The position numbers and the translations under genes are program-made. The notes beneath the pieces were generated by a model. It saw nothing but the letters and a program-made list of their open reading frames with translations, was not told where the DNA came from and did no database searches. 32,000 nucleotides of DNA from Archaeoglobus fulgidus DSM 4304 (GTDB lineage Archaea > Halobacteriota > Archaeoglobi > Archaeoglobales > Archaeoglobaceae): positions 1 to 32,000 of the forward strand of contig NC_000917.1 of NCBI RefSeq assembly GCF_000008665.1, in the 5' to 3' direction. Shown piece by piece: positions 16,691 to 25,502 of the stretch. The number at the start of each line of letters is the position of its first letter. The stretch's first letter is position 1.

Positions 16691-17104
16691 ATGGAGGCGA
16701 GGGATTCGGTAATCTATTTGCAGACGGCCATTGTGGGAGCGATGCTTTTCGCGGCGTTTGCGAACAGCTGGAGAGCTTTTCTGTACCTCGCTGCTGTGAA
16801 CATCTCTCTTTGGCTGTTTCTCGGACTCTATCGAGAGGACAGGGCGAGGTTTGCGGCGGTGTTCAGTCTGATCGTTCTGGCAATCATGCTCGTAGGAAAG
16901 ACGCTGATTCTTTACTACTACGACGTTTACTACGGCAGCATTCCAGAGTTCGTGGCCGGAATGCATCCGGGGATGTTCGTGATGGTGGTGATGTTCTTCG
17001 TGCTCTACATAGTACCAGTGGGATACGCTCTGTTCTTCGACAGGATTCTGCCGGAGGACGACTGGAAGAAATTCGTTGAAAGGTATCGGTACGAGGAGGG
17101 GTAG
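16691..17104 (+). CDS. Small 4-TM membrane protein, translationally coupled to the downstream symporter
   Basis: Four hydrophobic segments. The stop TAG (17102-17104) lies 1 nt before the symporter ATG. I prefer it over the two overlapping ORFs (16687-17079 + and 16658-17191 -), whose products are Arg/Gly/His-rich and non-protein-like. I recognise no family. Confidence 0.55.
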   Translation: MEARDSVIYLQTAIVGAMLFAAFANSWRAFLYLAAVNISLWLFLGLYREDRARFAAVFSLIVLAIMLVGKTLILYYYDVYYGSIPEFVAGMHPGMFVMVVMFFVLYIVPVGYALFFDRILPEDDWKKFVERYRYEEG

Positions 17105-17105
17105 A

Positions 17106-18581
17106 ATGGCGGACACGATTACGGTTTCGATAGTTCTGGCATACTTCGTCGTAACGCTTGCCCTCGGATTCTTTGCTGCGAGAAAAATCAAAACGGCGGA
17201 GCACTACTACGGTGCGAGAAAGCTCTTCGGGATGTTCGTCACAGCCGTTGCGGTTTTCTCAGGAATTGCGAGTGCGTTCACCTTCATCGGCGGTCCGGGA
17301 CTGGTTTATCCCATGGGCGGGACGGTCAACTGGGTGATATGGACTCCGGTAATCTCCATGCCGCTGATATGGTACCTGCTTGGCAAGAGAATCAAGCTGA
17401 TAACCGAAGCGAGGCCGGTGGCAACTCTCCCGGACTTAACTGCAGCGAGATTCAAAAGCGATGCTGTGAGGTTCCTAACAGCCGTCGCCCTGATTTTCGG
17501 CATAATCACCTACCTCGCCGGAAACGTGATGGGCGCGGGTCTTGTCCTAACAGACATGCTCGGAACTCCGCTTGAGCTTTCGATTGCCATTGTTTTCGGC
17601 ATAATAATGCTCTACACGGCCTTCGGAGGAATGGTCGCGAGCATTCTGACGGACTTCTTTCAGGGGCTCGTGATGATGGTTGCTGCCATTATCTTCGTGG
17701 TCTTCATCCTGATCATGACGGGTGGGGTGGAGAACCTCTTTGCAACCATAGCTGAGAGCAATCCGAGACACATCGACCCGATTGGAGTCGGCCCGATATG
17801 GCTGGGAATCATGGGATGGTGGTGGGCCCTCAACATCGGCTCATCTGTCCAGCCCCATGCAGTGACGAAGTTCTTCGCTCTGAAGGACTACAGAGACCTG
17901 AAGTGGGGAGCGCTCGTTACGACAATAGCATGGACACTCGCCTGCCTCATGTGGTTCTTCGGCGGCTACGCTTCCGTCTGGGTCGTGATAAAGGGGCTTG
18001 CAGAAGCTCCGGCGAGAAGTGATCAGGCGATTTTCGGAGTTATCGCCCAGATGCCCGTCGTTCTCAAAGCCGTAATCTACGCCGGCGTCCTTGCTGCGAT
18101 AATGTCAACGGTGAGCGGCTTCATATCCATGGGCACTGCAGCAGTTGTGAGAGACATCCCGACGGCGATAGGAAAATCGCTGAGCCAGAGGGGGCAGATT
18201 CTCTGGGGTAGAGTCGTGACCGTGATTCTCACCGTTGTGGCGGCGCTTTTCGGCTACTACGGCGGCTACGTTGTGGGCATACTCGTAACGCTGGGTCTCG
18301 GCTACTTCGCATCTATGCTCTTCCCGCTGCTGGTGATAGGTCTTAACTGGAAGAGGGCAACGAAGGAGGCTGCGATAATCACAACCGCCCTGACAGTTGC
18401 GATGAACCTTGGATTTCTGGTTTATGAGAAGGTCCTGAGCATGTCTCTGCCCTACGGACTGCCGGGATACGGTGTAACCTTTGCTGTCGGGATAATTACG
18501 ATGGTTCTGGTCTCGTTAATCACGAAAGGCGCTGCACTCGATGACATGGATGAGGACATAAGGGCTGCAATGAGCCTTTAA
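17106..18581 (+). CDS. Sodium:solute symporter (SSS family) transporter
   Basis: The ~490-aa polytopic protein has an SSS-like N-terminus (ILAYFVVTLALGFFAARKIKTAEHYYGARK). The start is moved to ATG 17106, with GGAGG upstream. Confidence 0.8.
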   Translation: MADTITVSIVLAYFVVTLALGFFAARKIKTAEHYYGARKLFGMFVTAVAVFSGIASAFTFIGGPGLVYPMGGTVNWVIWTPVISMPLIWYLLGKRIKLITEARPVATLPDLTAARFKSDAVRFLTAVALIFGIITYLAGNVMGAGLVLTDMLGTPLELSIAIVFGIIMLYTAFGGMVASILTDFFQGLVMMVAAIIFVVFILIMTGGVENLFATIAESNPRHIDPIGVGPIWLGIMGWWWALNIGSSVQPHAVTKFFALKDYRDLKWGALVTTIAWTLACLMWFFGGYASVWVVIKGLAEAPARSDQAIFGVIAQMPVVLKAVIYAGVLAAIMSTVSGFISMGTAAVVRDIPTAIGKSLSQRGQILWGRVVTVILTVVAALFGYYGGYVVGILVTLGLGYFASMLFPLLVIGLNWKRATKEAAIITTALTVAMNLGFLVYEKVLSMSLPYGLPGYGVTFAVGIITMVLVSLITKGAALDDMDEDIRAAMSL

Positions 18582-18635
18582 TTTTTAACTTTTCTTTGTC
18601 AATTATCGTTATTAAAAAGAGAACTTACTGGTATT

Positions 18636-19283
18636 ATGGAGTCTTTTGAAAAGCTCCCCTGGCCGTATGAAAGGCTTGACCCGCAAAAAATTGCGGACAG
18701 GGCATACGAGAGCGCTTTTGAAGGATACTGCATGTATGGTCTTGTGAACGCCGTCGTCGAGGGGCTTTCGGAGAGTGTCGGTGAGCCTTGGAAGAGCTTC
18801 CCATCGAAAGTTACCTTCTACGGGCGTGGGGGAGTTATAGGATGGGGGTCAACCTGCGGACCGCTGAACGGAGCCGCGTTGATCAGCTACCTTGTTCTTG
18901 AGCAGACGGATGCTGATGAGGTGATAAACGAGCTCTACATGTGGTACTCCACCACACCGCTGCCCAGCTACACTCCGAAGGAGGCTCTGATTCTCGACAT
19001 TGAGAACAGGCCCGTAATCTCCGCCGCTCCGCTCTGCTACACCAGGTCGATGAACTTCAGCCTAAATACCGGCTACAAGGTTCTCTCGCCAGAGTTCTTC
19101 GAGCTTGAGAACAGGGTTGTTGCCGATGTGGCGAAAAAATTCGTAGAACTCCTTAACGCAAAGTTCGACGGCTCTTTCAGGCTAAGCTTTGAGGTTACGG
19201 AGCTGAAAGGCTCTGCGAACGTTTTGAGGGCTGCGGAGTTCGTAATGTACCGCTCCCTCCCTCAGCTTGAGATTCCGAAGTAG
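18636..19283 (+). CDS. C_GCAxxG_C_C-family putative redox protein
   Basis: Pattern GYCMYGLVNAV ... GRGGVIGWGSTCGPLNGAALI ... PLCYTRSM resembles the C / GCAxxG / C / C arrangement of that family. TATA-like 'ttattaaaaa' about 23 nt upstream of the ATG suggests it is the first gene of its own, possibly leaderless, transcription unit. Confidence 0.5.
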   Translation: MESFEKLPWPYERLDPQKIADRAYESAFEGYCMYGLVNAVVEGLSESVGEPWKSFPSKVTFYGRGGVIGWGSTCGPLNGAALISYLVLEQTDADEVINELYMWYSTTPLPSYTPKEALILDIENRPVISAAPLCYTRSMNFSLNTGYKVLSPEFFELENRVVADVAKKFVELLNAKFDGSFRLSFEVTELKGSANVLRAAEFVMYRSLPQLEIPK

Positions 19284-19286
19284 GAG

Positions 19287-21272
19287 GTGATGGTTTTGGA
19301 GATAAGGAACGTTGCCGTTATAGGCGCCGGCTCGATGGGGCATGCAATTGCCGAGGTTGTTGCAATACACGGATTCAACGTGAAACTGATGGACGTGAGC
19401 GAGGATCAGCTGAAGAGGGCGATGGAAAAAATTGAGGAGGGGCTCAGGAAGAGCTACGAGAGAGGCTACATTTCAGAAGATCCTGAAAAGGTGCTGAAAA
19501 GAATTGAGGCCACAGCTGATCTAATAGAGGTTGCAAAGGATGCGGACCTCGTCATCGAAGCAATTCCGGAGATATTCGACCTCAAAAAGAAGGTTTTCAG
19601 CGAGATAGAGCAGTACTGCCCTGACCACACAATATTCGCCACCAACACATCCTCTCTGAGCATAACGAAGCTCGCCGAAGCCACCAAGAGACCGGAGAAG
19701 TTTATAGGAATGCACTTCTTCAACCCTCCTAAGATTCTGAAGCTCCTCGAAATAGTGTGGGGAGAGAAGACGAGCGAGGAAACAATAAGGATTGTGGAGG
19801 ACTTTGCAAGAAAAATCGACAGAATAATCATACACGTCAGGAAGGACGTTCCGGGATTCATTGTAAACAGAATCTTCGTCACGATGTCCAACGAGGCTTC
19901 TTGGGCTGTTGAGATGGGTGAGGGAACAATCGAGGAGATCGACTCGGCGGTCAAGTACAGACTCGGCCTTCCCATGGGACTTTTCGAGCTTCACGACGTT
20001 CTTGGTGGGGGCAGCGTTGATGTGAGCTACCACGTCCTTGAGTACTACCGCCAGACTCTTGGAGAATCATACCGCCCGTCTCCACTATTCGAGAGGCTTT
20101 TCAAGGCCGGCCATTACGGAAAGAAAACCGGTAAGGGCTTCTACGACTGGAGCGAGGGTAAAACAAATGAAGTTCCCCTGAGGGCGGGAGCAAACTTCGA
20201 TTTGCTCAGGCTCGTTGCTCCAGCAGTAAACGAGGCGGCATGGCTGATAGAGAAGGGCGTTGCGAGTGCGGAGGAGATAGACCTCGCCGTTCTGCACGGG
20301 CTAAACTATCCGAGGGGATTGCTGAGGATGGCAGATGATTTCGGCATAGACAGCATCGTGAAGAAGCTGAATGAGCTTTACGAAAAGTACAACGGGGAGG
20401 AGAGGTACAAAGTCAATCCGGTTCTGCAGAAAATGGTTGAAGAGGGGAAGCTTGGCAGGACGACTGGCGAGGGATTCTACAAGTATGGTGACGGCAACTA
20501 CGAGTTCGTAAAGGTTGAGAAGGAAGGGAAAGTAGGGGTTCTGAAGCTCAACAGACCGAGGAGAGCCAACGCGCTCAATCCAACCTTCCTGAAGGAGGTG
20601 GAGGACGCTCTTGACCTGCTGGAAAGAGATGAGGAGGTCAGGGCAATCGTGATTGCTGGAGAGGGTAAGAACTTCTGCGCAGGAGCGGACATAGCGATGT
20701 TCGCTTCAGGAAGACCTGAGATGGTCACGGAGTTCAGCCAGCTCGGACATAAAGTATTCAGGAAGATTGAGATGCTCTCCAAGCCCGTAATCGCCGCAAT
20801 TCACGGTGCTGCGGTTGGTGGGGGATTTGAGCTGGCGATGGCTTGCGACCTAAGGGTGATGAGCGAAAGGGCGTTTCTCGGCTTACCGGAGCTTAACCTC
20901 GGAATCATTCCGGGGTGGGGAGGAACGCAGAGGCTGGCCTACTACGTCGGAGTTTCGAAGCTGAAAGAGGTCATTATGCTGAAGAGGAACATAAAGCCTG
21001 AGGAGGCGAAGAACCTCGGTCTGGTTGCCGAGGTCTTCCCGCAGGAAAGATTCTGGGATGAAGTGATGAAACTCGCCAGGGAGGTTGCGGAGCTGCCGCC
21101 GCTTGCAGTGAAGTACCTCAAGAAGGTAATAGCTCTCGGCACGATGCCGGCACTTGAGACGGGCAACCTTGCCGAGTCGGAAGCTGGTGCGGTCATTGCC
21201 CTGACAGACGACGTTGCTGAGGGAATACAGGCCTTTAACTACCGCAGAAAGCCTAATTTCAGGGGGAGGTGA
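19287..21272 (+). CDS. Fused 3-hydroxyacyl-CoA dehydrogenase (N-terminal) / enoyl-CoA hydratase (C-terminal)
   Basis: N-terminal Rossmann motif VAVIGAGSMGHAIA plus an HBD-like body. C-terminal crotonase motif VIAGEGKNFCAGADI...GGGFELAMACD. The exact start is ambiguous (GTG 19287, ATG 19290 or TTG 19296 after SD GGAGGTGA at 19283-19290). Confidence 0.9.
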   Translation: MMVLEIRNVAVIGAGSMGHAIAEVVAIHGFNVKLMDVSEDQLKRAMEKIEEGLRKSYERGYISEDPEKVLKRIEATADLIEVAKDADLVIEAIPEIFDLKKKVFSEIEQYCPDHTIFATNTSSLSITKLAEATKRPEKFIGMHFFNPPKILKLLEIVWGEKTSEETIRIVEDFARKIDRIIIHVRKDVPGFIVNRIFVTMSNEASWAVEMGEGTIEEIDSAVKYRLGLPMGLFELHDVLGGGSVDVSYHVLEYYRQTLGESYRPSPLFERLFKAGHYGKKTGKGFYDWSEGKTNEVPLRAGANFDLLRLVAPAVNEAAWLIEKGVASAEEIDLAVLHGLNYPRGLLRMADDFGIDSIVKKLNELYEKYNGEERYKVNPVLQKMVEEGKLGRTTGEGFYKYGDGNYEFVKVEKEGKVGVLKLNRPRRANALNPTFLKEVEDALDLLERDEEVRAIVIAGEGKNFCAGADIAMFASGRPEMVTEFSQLGHKVFRKIEMLSKPVIAAIHGAAVGGGFELAMACDLRVMSERAFLGLPELNLGIIPGWGGTQRLAYYVGVSKLKEVIMLKRNIKPEEAKNLGLVAEVFPQERFWDEVMKLAREVAELPPLAVKYLKKVIALGTMPALETGNLAESEAGAVIALTDDVAEGIQAFNYRRKPNFRGR

Positions 21273-21276
21273 GATT

Positions 21277-22470
21277 TTGAGGAATGTTGCAATAGTGGGA
21301 GCAGGGATAACGAACTTTGGCAGAAGGGAGGCAAGCTGGAAGGACCTTGTGGTTGAGGCTGGCAAAGCGCTGTTCGACGACGTTCCGAACCTCGACAAAA
21401 AAGACGTTGATTCATTTTTCATAGGTGCAGCCCAGCCCGAAAGGTGGACATACCAGACTCACGTCGCGCCGCTTGCTGCTGAGCTGCTCGGAATAAAGCC
21501 GAGGAGAGTTGTTGCCAGAACCGAATCAGCCTGCGCGAGCGGTCAGATTGCAATAAGGTACGCATGGCTCGCAGTCGCTTCTGGGCTGAGTGACGTTGCC
21601 GTGGTAGTCGGGGTTGAGAAGATGAACACCAAGTTCATGAATCTAAGCCAGACCAGCATGATGAACGTCGGAAACAGGGAGTTCGATACTGCAATGGGTC
21701 TGACGGCCCCACCATACTTCGCAATGGTCGCCCAGAGGCACATGCACCTCTACGGCACGACTGAGGATCAGATGGCTTTGGTAAGGGAGAAGGCTGGAGA
21801 GTATGCTTCGGCCAATCCCTACGCACAGTTTCAGAAAAAAATCAGCAAGGAGGACGTTCTTAACAGCAGGATGGTTGCCCCGCCTCTCAAGCTCCTCGAC
21901 TGCAGCGGAATTACCGACGGTGCTGCTGCTCTGCTCATAACCACCGAGGAGAAAGCGAGAAAGTTCACCGACACGCCCGTATGGATTCTCGGAGGGATTC
22001 AGAGAACGATGGCCAACTCAATCAACGAGATGGGTGAGATGAGCGACTGGCTGTCGCTGCGATACCTGGCGAAGGACGTTTACGATCTCTTCAACATCAC
22101 TCCCGACGACATAGACGTTGCAGAGGTGCACGACTGCTTCACCATCAGCGAAATCATGGAGTACGAGGAGCTCGGATTCTGCAAGAAAGGAGAGGGCGGA
22201 AAGTTCATTGAAGAGGGGCAGAGCTACATCGGGGGAAAGGTGGCGGTGAATCCCAGCGGAGGACTGCTGGCCAACGGCCATCCTCTCGGCGCCACGGGAG
22301 TGAGGCAGGCGTGGGAGATGGTCATGCAGTTCAGAGGAGAGGTGCCTGATAAGAGATACGTCAGCGGTGCGGAGCTTGGCCTTGCCCACAACCTCAGCGG
22401 AATGGCGCAGTTCCACCACATAATGCTGTACAGCCTGAACAGGCCGAGAGAGGTTAAGTTCGGGAGGTGA
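21277..22470 (+). CDS. Archaeal thiolase (SCP-x-like acetyl-CoA C-acyltransferase)
   Basis: Active-site region ESACASGQ, C-terminal HDCFTISE and NPSGGLLANGHPLGATG. The start is moved to TTG 21277, after SD GGAGGTGA at 21265-21272. This removes the overlap with the upstream gene. Confidence 0.9.
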   Translation: MRNVAIVGAGITNFGRREASWKDLVVEAGKALFDDVPNLDKKDVDSFFIGAAQPERWTYQTHVAPLAAELLGIKPRRVVARTESACASGQIAIRYAWLAVASGLSDVAVVVGVEKMNTKFMNLSQTSMMNVGNREFDTAMGLTAPPYFAMVAQRHMHLYGTTEDQMALVREKAGEYASANPYAQFQKKISKEDVLNSRMVAPPLKLLDCSGITDGAAALLITTEEKARKFTDTPVWILGGIQRTMANSINEMGEMSDWLSLRYLAKDVYDLFNITPDDIDVAEVHDCFTISEIMEYEELGFCKKGEGGKFIEEGQSYIGGKVAVNPSGGLLANGHPLGATGVRQAWEMVMQFRGEVPDKRYVSGAELGLAHNLSGMAQFHHIMLYSLNRPREVKFGR

Positions 22471-22474
22471 TAGG

Positions 22475-22957
22475 GTGAAGGAGCTAACAGTTCCTGACAC
22501 AACTCCCCTGCTGCCCATCGTTGACCCCTTCGAGCAGCAGGATTCTGAAGGTCCCGACTCGACAAAGGTTTACCCCTTCTACAGGAACCTCGCTGAGGGG
22601 AAGCTCACCATGCAGCGCTGCAAGAGCTGTGGCAGAATCTTCTATCCACCTCAGGCAATGTGCAAGCACTGCAACAGCACCGATTACGAGTGGGTAGAGG
22701 TGCCGAAGAGGGGTAAAATCCACGCCTTCAGCGCTCTGCTGCTTGGATTTCCGATGGTAATTGAGGAGTTCGCTCCTTTCGTAATTGCAGTGGCGAGGTT
22801 TGGGGACTATCCTGAAAACGGAGTGCAGATTGTCGGAGCCATGTTCGACGTTGATTACAGCGAGCTGAGCATCGGCGACGAAGTTGAGTGGGAAATTCTC
22901 AAGATAAAAGGGCCTGGAGATAAGGTCAGATACTGGTACCACTTCAGGAAGGTGTAA
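22475..22957 (+). CDS. DUF35 OB-fold / zinc-ribbon protein (thiolase partner)
   Basis: Zinc ribbon CKSCGRIFYPPQAMCKHCNS followed by an OB-fold-sized C-terminus. GTG start after SD GGAGGTGA. Its position directly after the thiolase is typical of archaea. Confidence 0.85.
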   Translation: MKELTVPDTTPLLPIVDPFEQQDSEGPDSTKVYPFYRNLAEGKLTMQRCKSCGRIFYPPQAMCKHCNSTDYEWVEVPKRGKIHAFSALLLGFPMVIEEFAPFVIAVARFGDYPENGVQIVGAMFDVDYSELSIGDEVEWEILKIKGPGDKVRYWYHFRKV

Positions 22958-22959
22958 CA

Positions 22960-24222
22960 ATGCCCAATTTTTTCACTCCTGAGTTCGGGCCGCTGAGAGG
23001 TGTCAGAGTTATAACAACGGGAAGCATCATAGCCGGCCCCACCGCAGGTACAATTCTTGCCGACCTCGGTGCGGAGGTCATTCATGTGGAGAGGCCAAAA
23101 GTTGGCGACACGCTAAGAGTTGTGCCACCTTACTTTGAAGCGGACGGCAAAAGGATTGGCGGCGAGTTCGTATGCGTTACGAGAAACAAGCTCAGCGTTG
23201 CACTCGACATAAAAAGCGAGGAAGGAAGGAAAATATTCTACGAGCTGCTGAAGCATGCGGACATCTTCATCGAAAACCTCGTATGGCTTGAGGAGAGGTA
23301 CGGCATTACGGACAAGGATATGCTCGAAGCAAATCCGAGGCTCGTTATAGTCCACGTCAGCGGTTTTGGGAGGTCTGAGTTTGGAGGGGAGGATGAGAAG
23401 TGCGGGAGGGGAAGCTACGACATAATCTCCCAGGCTTACTCAGGCTGGTGCAAGCTTGCAGCCCCTCCCGGGATGGAGGTTCACAGGCTCCCTCTCTACA
23501 TTGGAGACTACGTCACGGCCCTCTTTGGAGTAATAGGGGCTTTGTCTGCCTACGTTTACGCAAAGGAGACAGGTAGGGGACAGGTTGTGGACGTTGCACA
23601 GTTCGAGGCGATTGCGAGAGTTATAGAGATGTATTACACGATGTACCACAACCTCGGAATAAACAGGGAGGGAGAGGGGCTGAGGGTTTTCAACACACAG
23701 CCTTACGGACTGTACAGGGTGAAGGACGGCTGGATAGCCATAGGTGCTATTGGGCCGGGGCTCTATCAGAGGTTCATTCAGGCTCTGGCCAAGGCCACGG
23801 GAATAAATCCTGCCGACTATCCCTACGAGGAGTGCGCAGCATCGCCAGAGGCTGTTAACAGCGAGAAGGGAAGGGAGCTTGACAGAATATTCAACGAGTA
23901 CCTGATGAGCCACACCAAGGAGGAGGTTGAAAAGCTTTTCAACGCCTTCAGAGTGCCGTGTTCGAGGGTTTCGACGCCTGAGGATGTCGTCAGGGACAGG
24001 CACTGGATAGAGAGAGGAGATATAATCGAGGTTCTGGACGAAACCACCGGAAGGCTGGTGAAGCAGGTCGGAATAGTGCCCAAGTTCTCCGAAACTCCCG
24101 GCAGAATCTGGCGCGGCCCCCCTAAGCTTGGTTCTGACACCAAAAAAGTCCTGAAAGGTTTGCTGAATCTGTCCGATGAGCAAATTGACGAACTGAAGGC
24201 GAAGGGAGTTGTCGATTTTTGA
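22960..24222 (+). CDS. Family III CoA-transferase (CaiB/BaiF/Frc type)
   Basis: Hallmark N-terminus LRGVRVITTGSIIAGPTAGTILADLGAEVIHVERPKVGD. Length 420 aa. Confidence 0.9.
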   Translation: MPNFFTPEFGPLRGVRVITTGSIIAGPTAGTILADLGAEVIHVERPKVGDTLRVVPPYFEADGKRIGGEFVCVTRNKLSVALDIKSEEGRKIFYELLKHADIFIENLVWLEERYGITDKDMLEANPRLVIVHVSGFGRSEFGGEDEKCGRGSYDIISQAYSGWCKLAAPPGMEVHRLPLYIGDYVTALFGVIGALSAYVYAKETGRGQVVDVAQFEAIARVIEMYYTMYHNLGINREGEGLRVFNTQPYGLYRVKDGWIAIGAIGPGLYQRFIQALAKATGINPADYPYEECAASPEAVNSEKGRELDRIFNEYLMSHTKEEVEKLFNAFRVPCSRVSTPEDVVRDRHWIERGDIIEVLDETTGRLVKQVGIVPKFSETPGRIWRGPPKLGSDTKKVLKGLLNLSDEQIDELKAKGVVDF

Positions 24223-24260
24223 GGAAAACTTCTTAAATTTTGCACCACAATCTTTTGTTT

Positions 24261-25232
24261 ATGGATGAATCCTTCGGGCTCCTGCTGGAGAGCATGCCGG
24301 AGGCAGTTGTTGTGGTAAACCGGGAAGGAGAGATTACCTACTGCAACTCGAAGGCAAGAAGAATCCTTGGAAAAGATGTTGTTTCATTGAAAGTCTGGGA
24401 AATTGAGGGACTTGAAAGTGGAGAAAAAATGCGAGATTTCATCAAAAGTCTGGCGAGCGGAAGGTACACCAAAAAAAGAGAAGTTTTTGAGTTCACCGCC
24501 GGCAGGAAGATATTTTACCTCTCAATCTACGCAACAGAGCTTCTTGACGGCTCAGGATTCATACTCACATTCAGAGACATAACCCCAATCGTTGAGTCGA
24601 GCAGAAGAATTGAGGAGCTAAACGATGTGCTGAGGCTCATCAACAAGCTGCTCAGGCACGACATTCTCAACAAGGTGACCATTGCGAGGGCAAACATAGA
24701 AATTCTGTCTGATGAAATAAAATCTGAAAGAATTCCGGTGGCTCTGGAGGCTCTGGATGAGGTGGTTGAGCTTATCGAAAGGGCGAGAGCCTTCGAGCAA
24801 ACGCTGACCAGCGGAGAACTCGTCGAAATCAGGCTGGGAGATGTCGTTAAAGAGGTGGCGGAGGATTTCAGCGTGAGGGGTTTGAAGGTTAGAGTCGAGG
24901 GTGACGCCACCGTTCTCGCGGACAAGGCGATATACTCGGTCCTTACAAACCTCCTTGAGAACTCGCTGAAGCACGGAAAAAGCACGGAGGTTGAGATAAG
25001 GGTGGAAAAGAGGGGAAATTTTGCTGTTATGGTGGTGAGGGACGACGGCAAAGGCCTGCCTGAAGAGGTAATCGACAGGATTTTCGAGGAGGGTTTCACC
25101 CACGGGGACTCGGCAGGAAGTGGTCTTGGACTCTACATCGTGAAGAAGGTAATAGAGAGGTACGGAGGAGAGGTAAGAGCCTGCAACGATGGCGGAGCTG
25201 TTTTCGAAATAAAATTGAAGTTAGCCACCTGA
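24261..25232 (+). CDS. PAS-domain sensor histidine kinase (no transmembrane segment evident)
   Basis: PAS-like N-terminus (MPEAVVVVNREGEITYCNSKA). H-box LRHDILNK, N-box LTNLLENSLKHG, G-boxes VRDDGKGLP and GSGLGLYIVKK. I prefer the start at ATG 24261, with TATA-like 'ttaaattt' about 25 nt upstream, over TTG 24240. Confidence 0.85.
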   Translation: MDESFGLLLESMPEAVVVVNREGEITYCNSKARRILGKDVVSLKVWEIEGLESGEKMRDFIKSLASGRYTKKREVFEFTAGRKIFYLSIYATELLDGSGFILTFRDITPIVESSRRIEELNDVLRLINKLLRHDILNKVTIARANIEILSDEIKSERIPVALEALDEVVELIERARAFEQTLTSGELVEIRLGDVVKEVAEDFSVRGLKVRVEGDATVLADKAIYSVLTNLLENSLKHGKSTEVEIRVEKRGNFAVMVVRDDGKGLPEEVIDRIFEEGFTHGDSAGSGLGLYIVKKVIERYGGEVRACNDGGAVFEIKLKLAT

Positions 25233-25496
25233 AATAGGAGTTATGAAGATTAGCGCATCACCGTCGTTAAGAACTCTGTTCTTCTCCTTCTGATAATCCA
25301 CAAGACTGTTGTTCATCATTATCCTGACGTTTCCCCTCTCCAGCAGGGGCTCTATTTCAGCACTCAGCATCTCCTCAACAGCCCTAACAGCATCTCCGAG
25401 CGTGCTGCCTTCTCCAAGGTCAAGATGGAAGCTCCTGCTCTCGTAATCGACAAGGCTCCTGAACTGAACCGCCGAGAGCGTGACCTTAACCTTCAT
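25221..25496 (-). CDS. MoaD/ThiS-like beta-grasp protein ending in Gly-Gly
   Basis: The 91-aa product ends ...DGDALIFITPISGG. Size and pattern fit the MoaD/SAMP family. It starts 6 nt after the AOR stop codon. Confidence 0.75.
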   Translation of the reverse strand: MKVKVTLSAVQFRSLVDYESRSFHLDLGEGSTLGDAVRAVEEMLSAEIEPLLERGNVRIMMNNSLVDYQKEKNRVLNDGDALIFITPISGG

Positions 25497-25502
25497 AAAA
25501 AA

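Noticed and set aside
16019-17191. ORFs 16019-16675 (+, 218 aa), 16687-17079 (+, 130 aa) and 16658-17191 (-, 177 aa)
   Set aside because: The first is an alternative frame of MFS transporter 2. The other two overlap the 4-TM membrane ORF and have Arg/Gly/His-rich, non-protein-like composition. The hydrophobic 16691-17104 frame, which is coupled to the symporter, is the better model.
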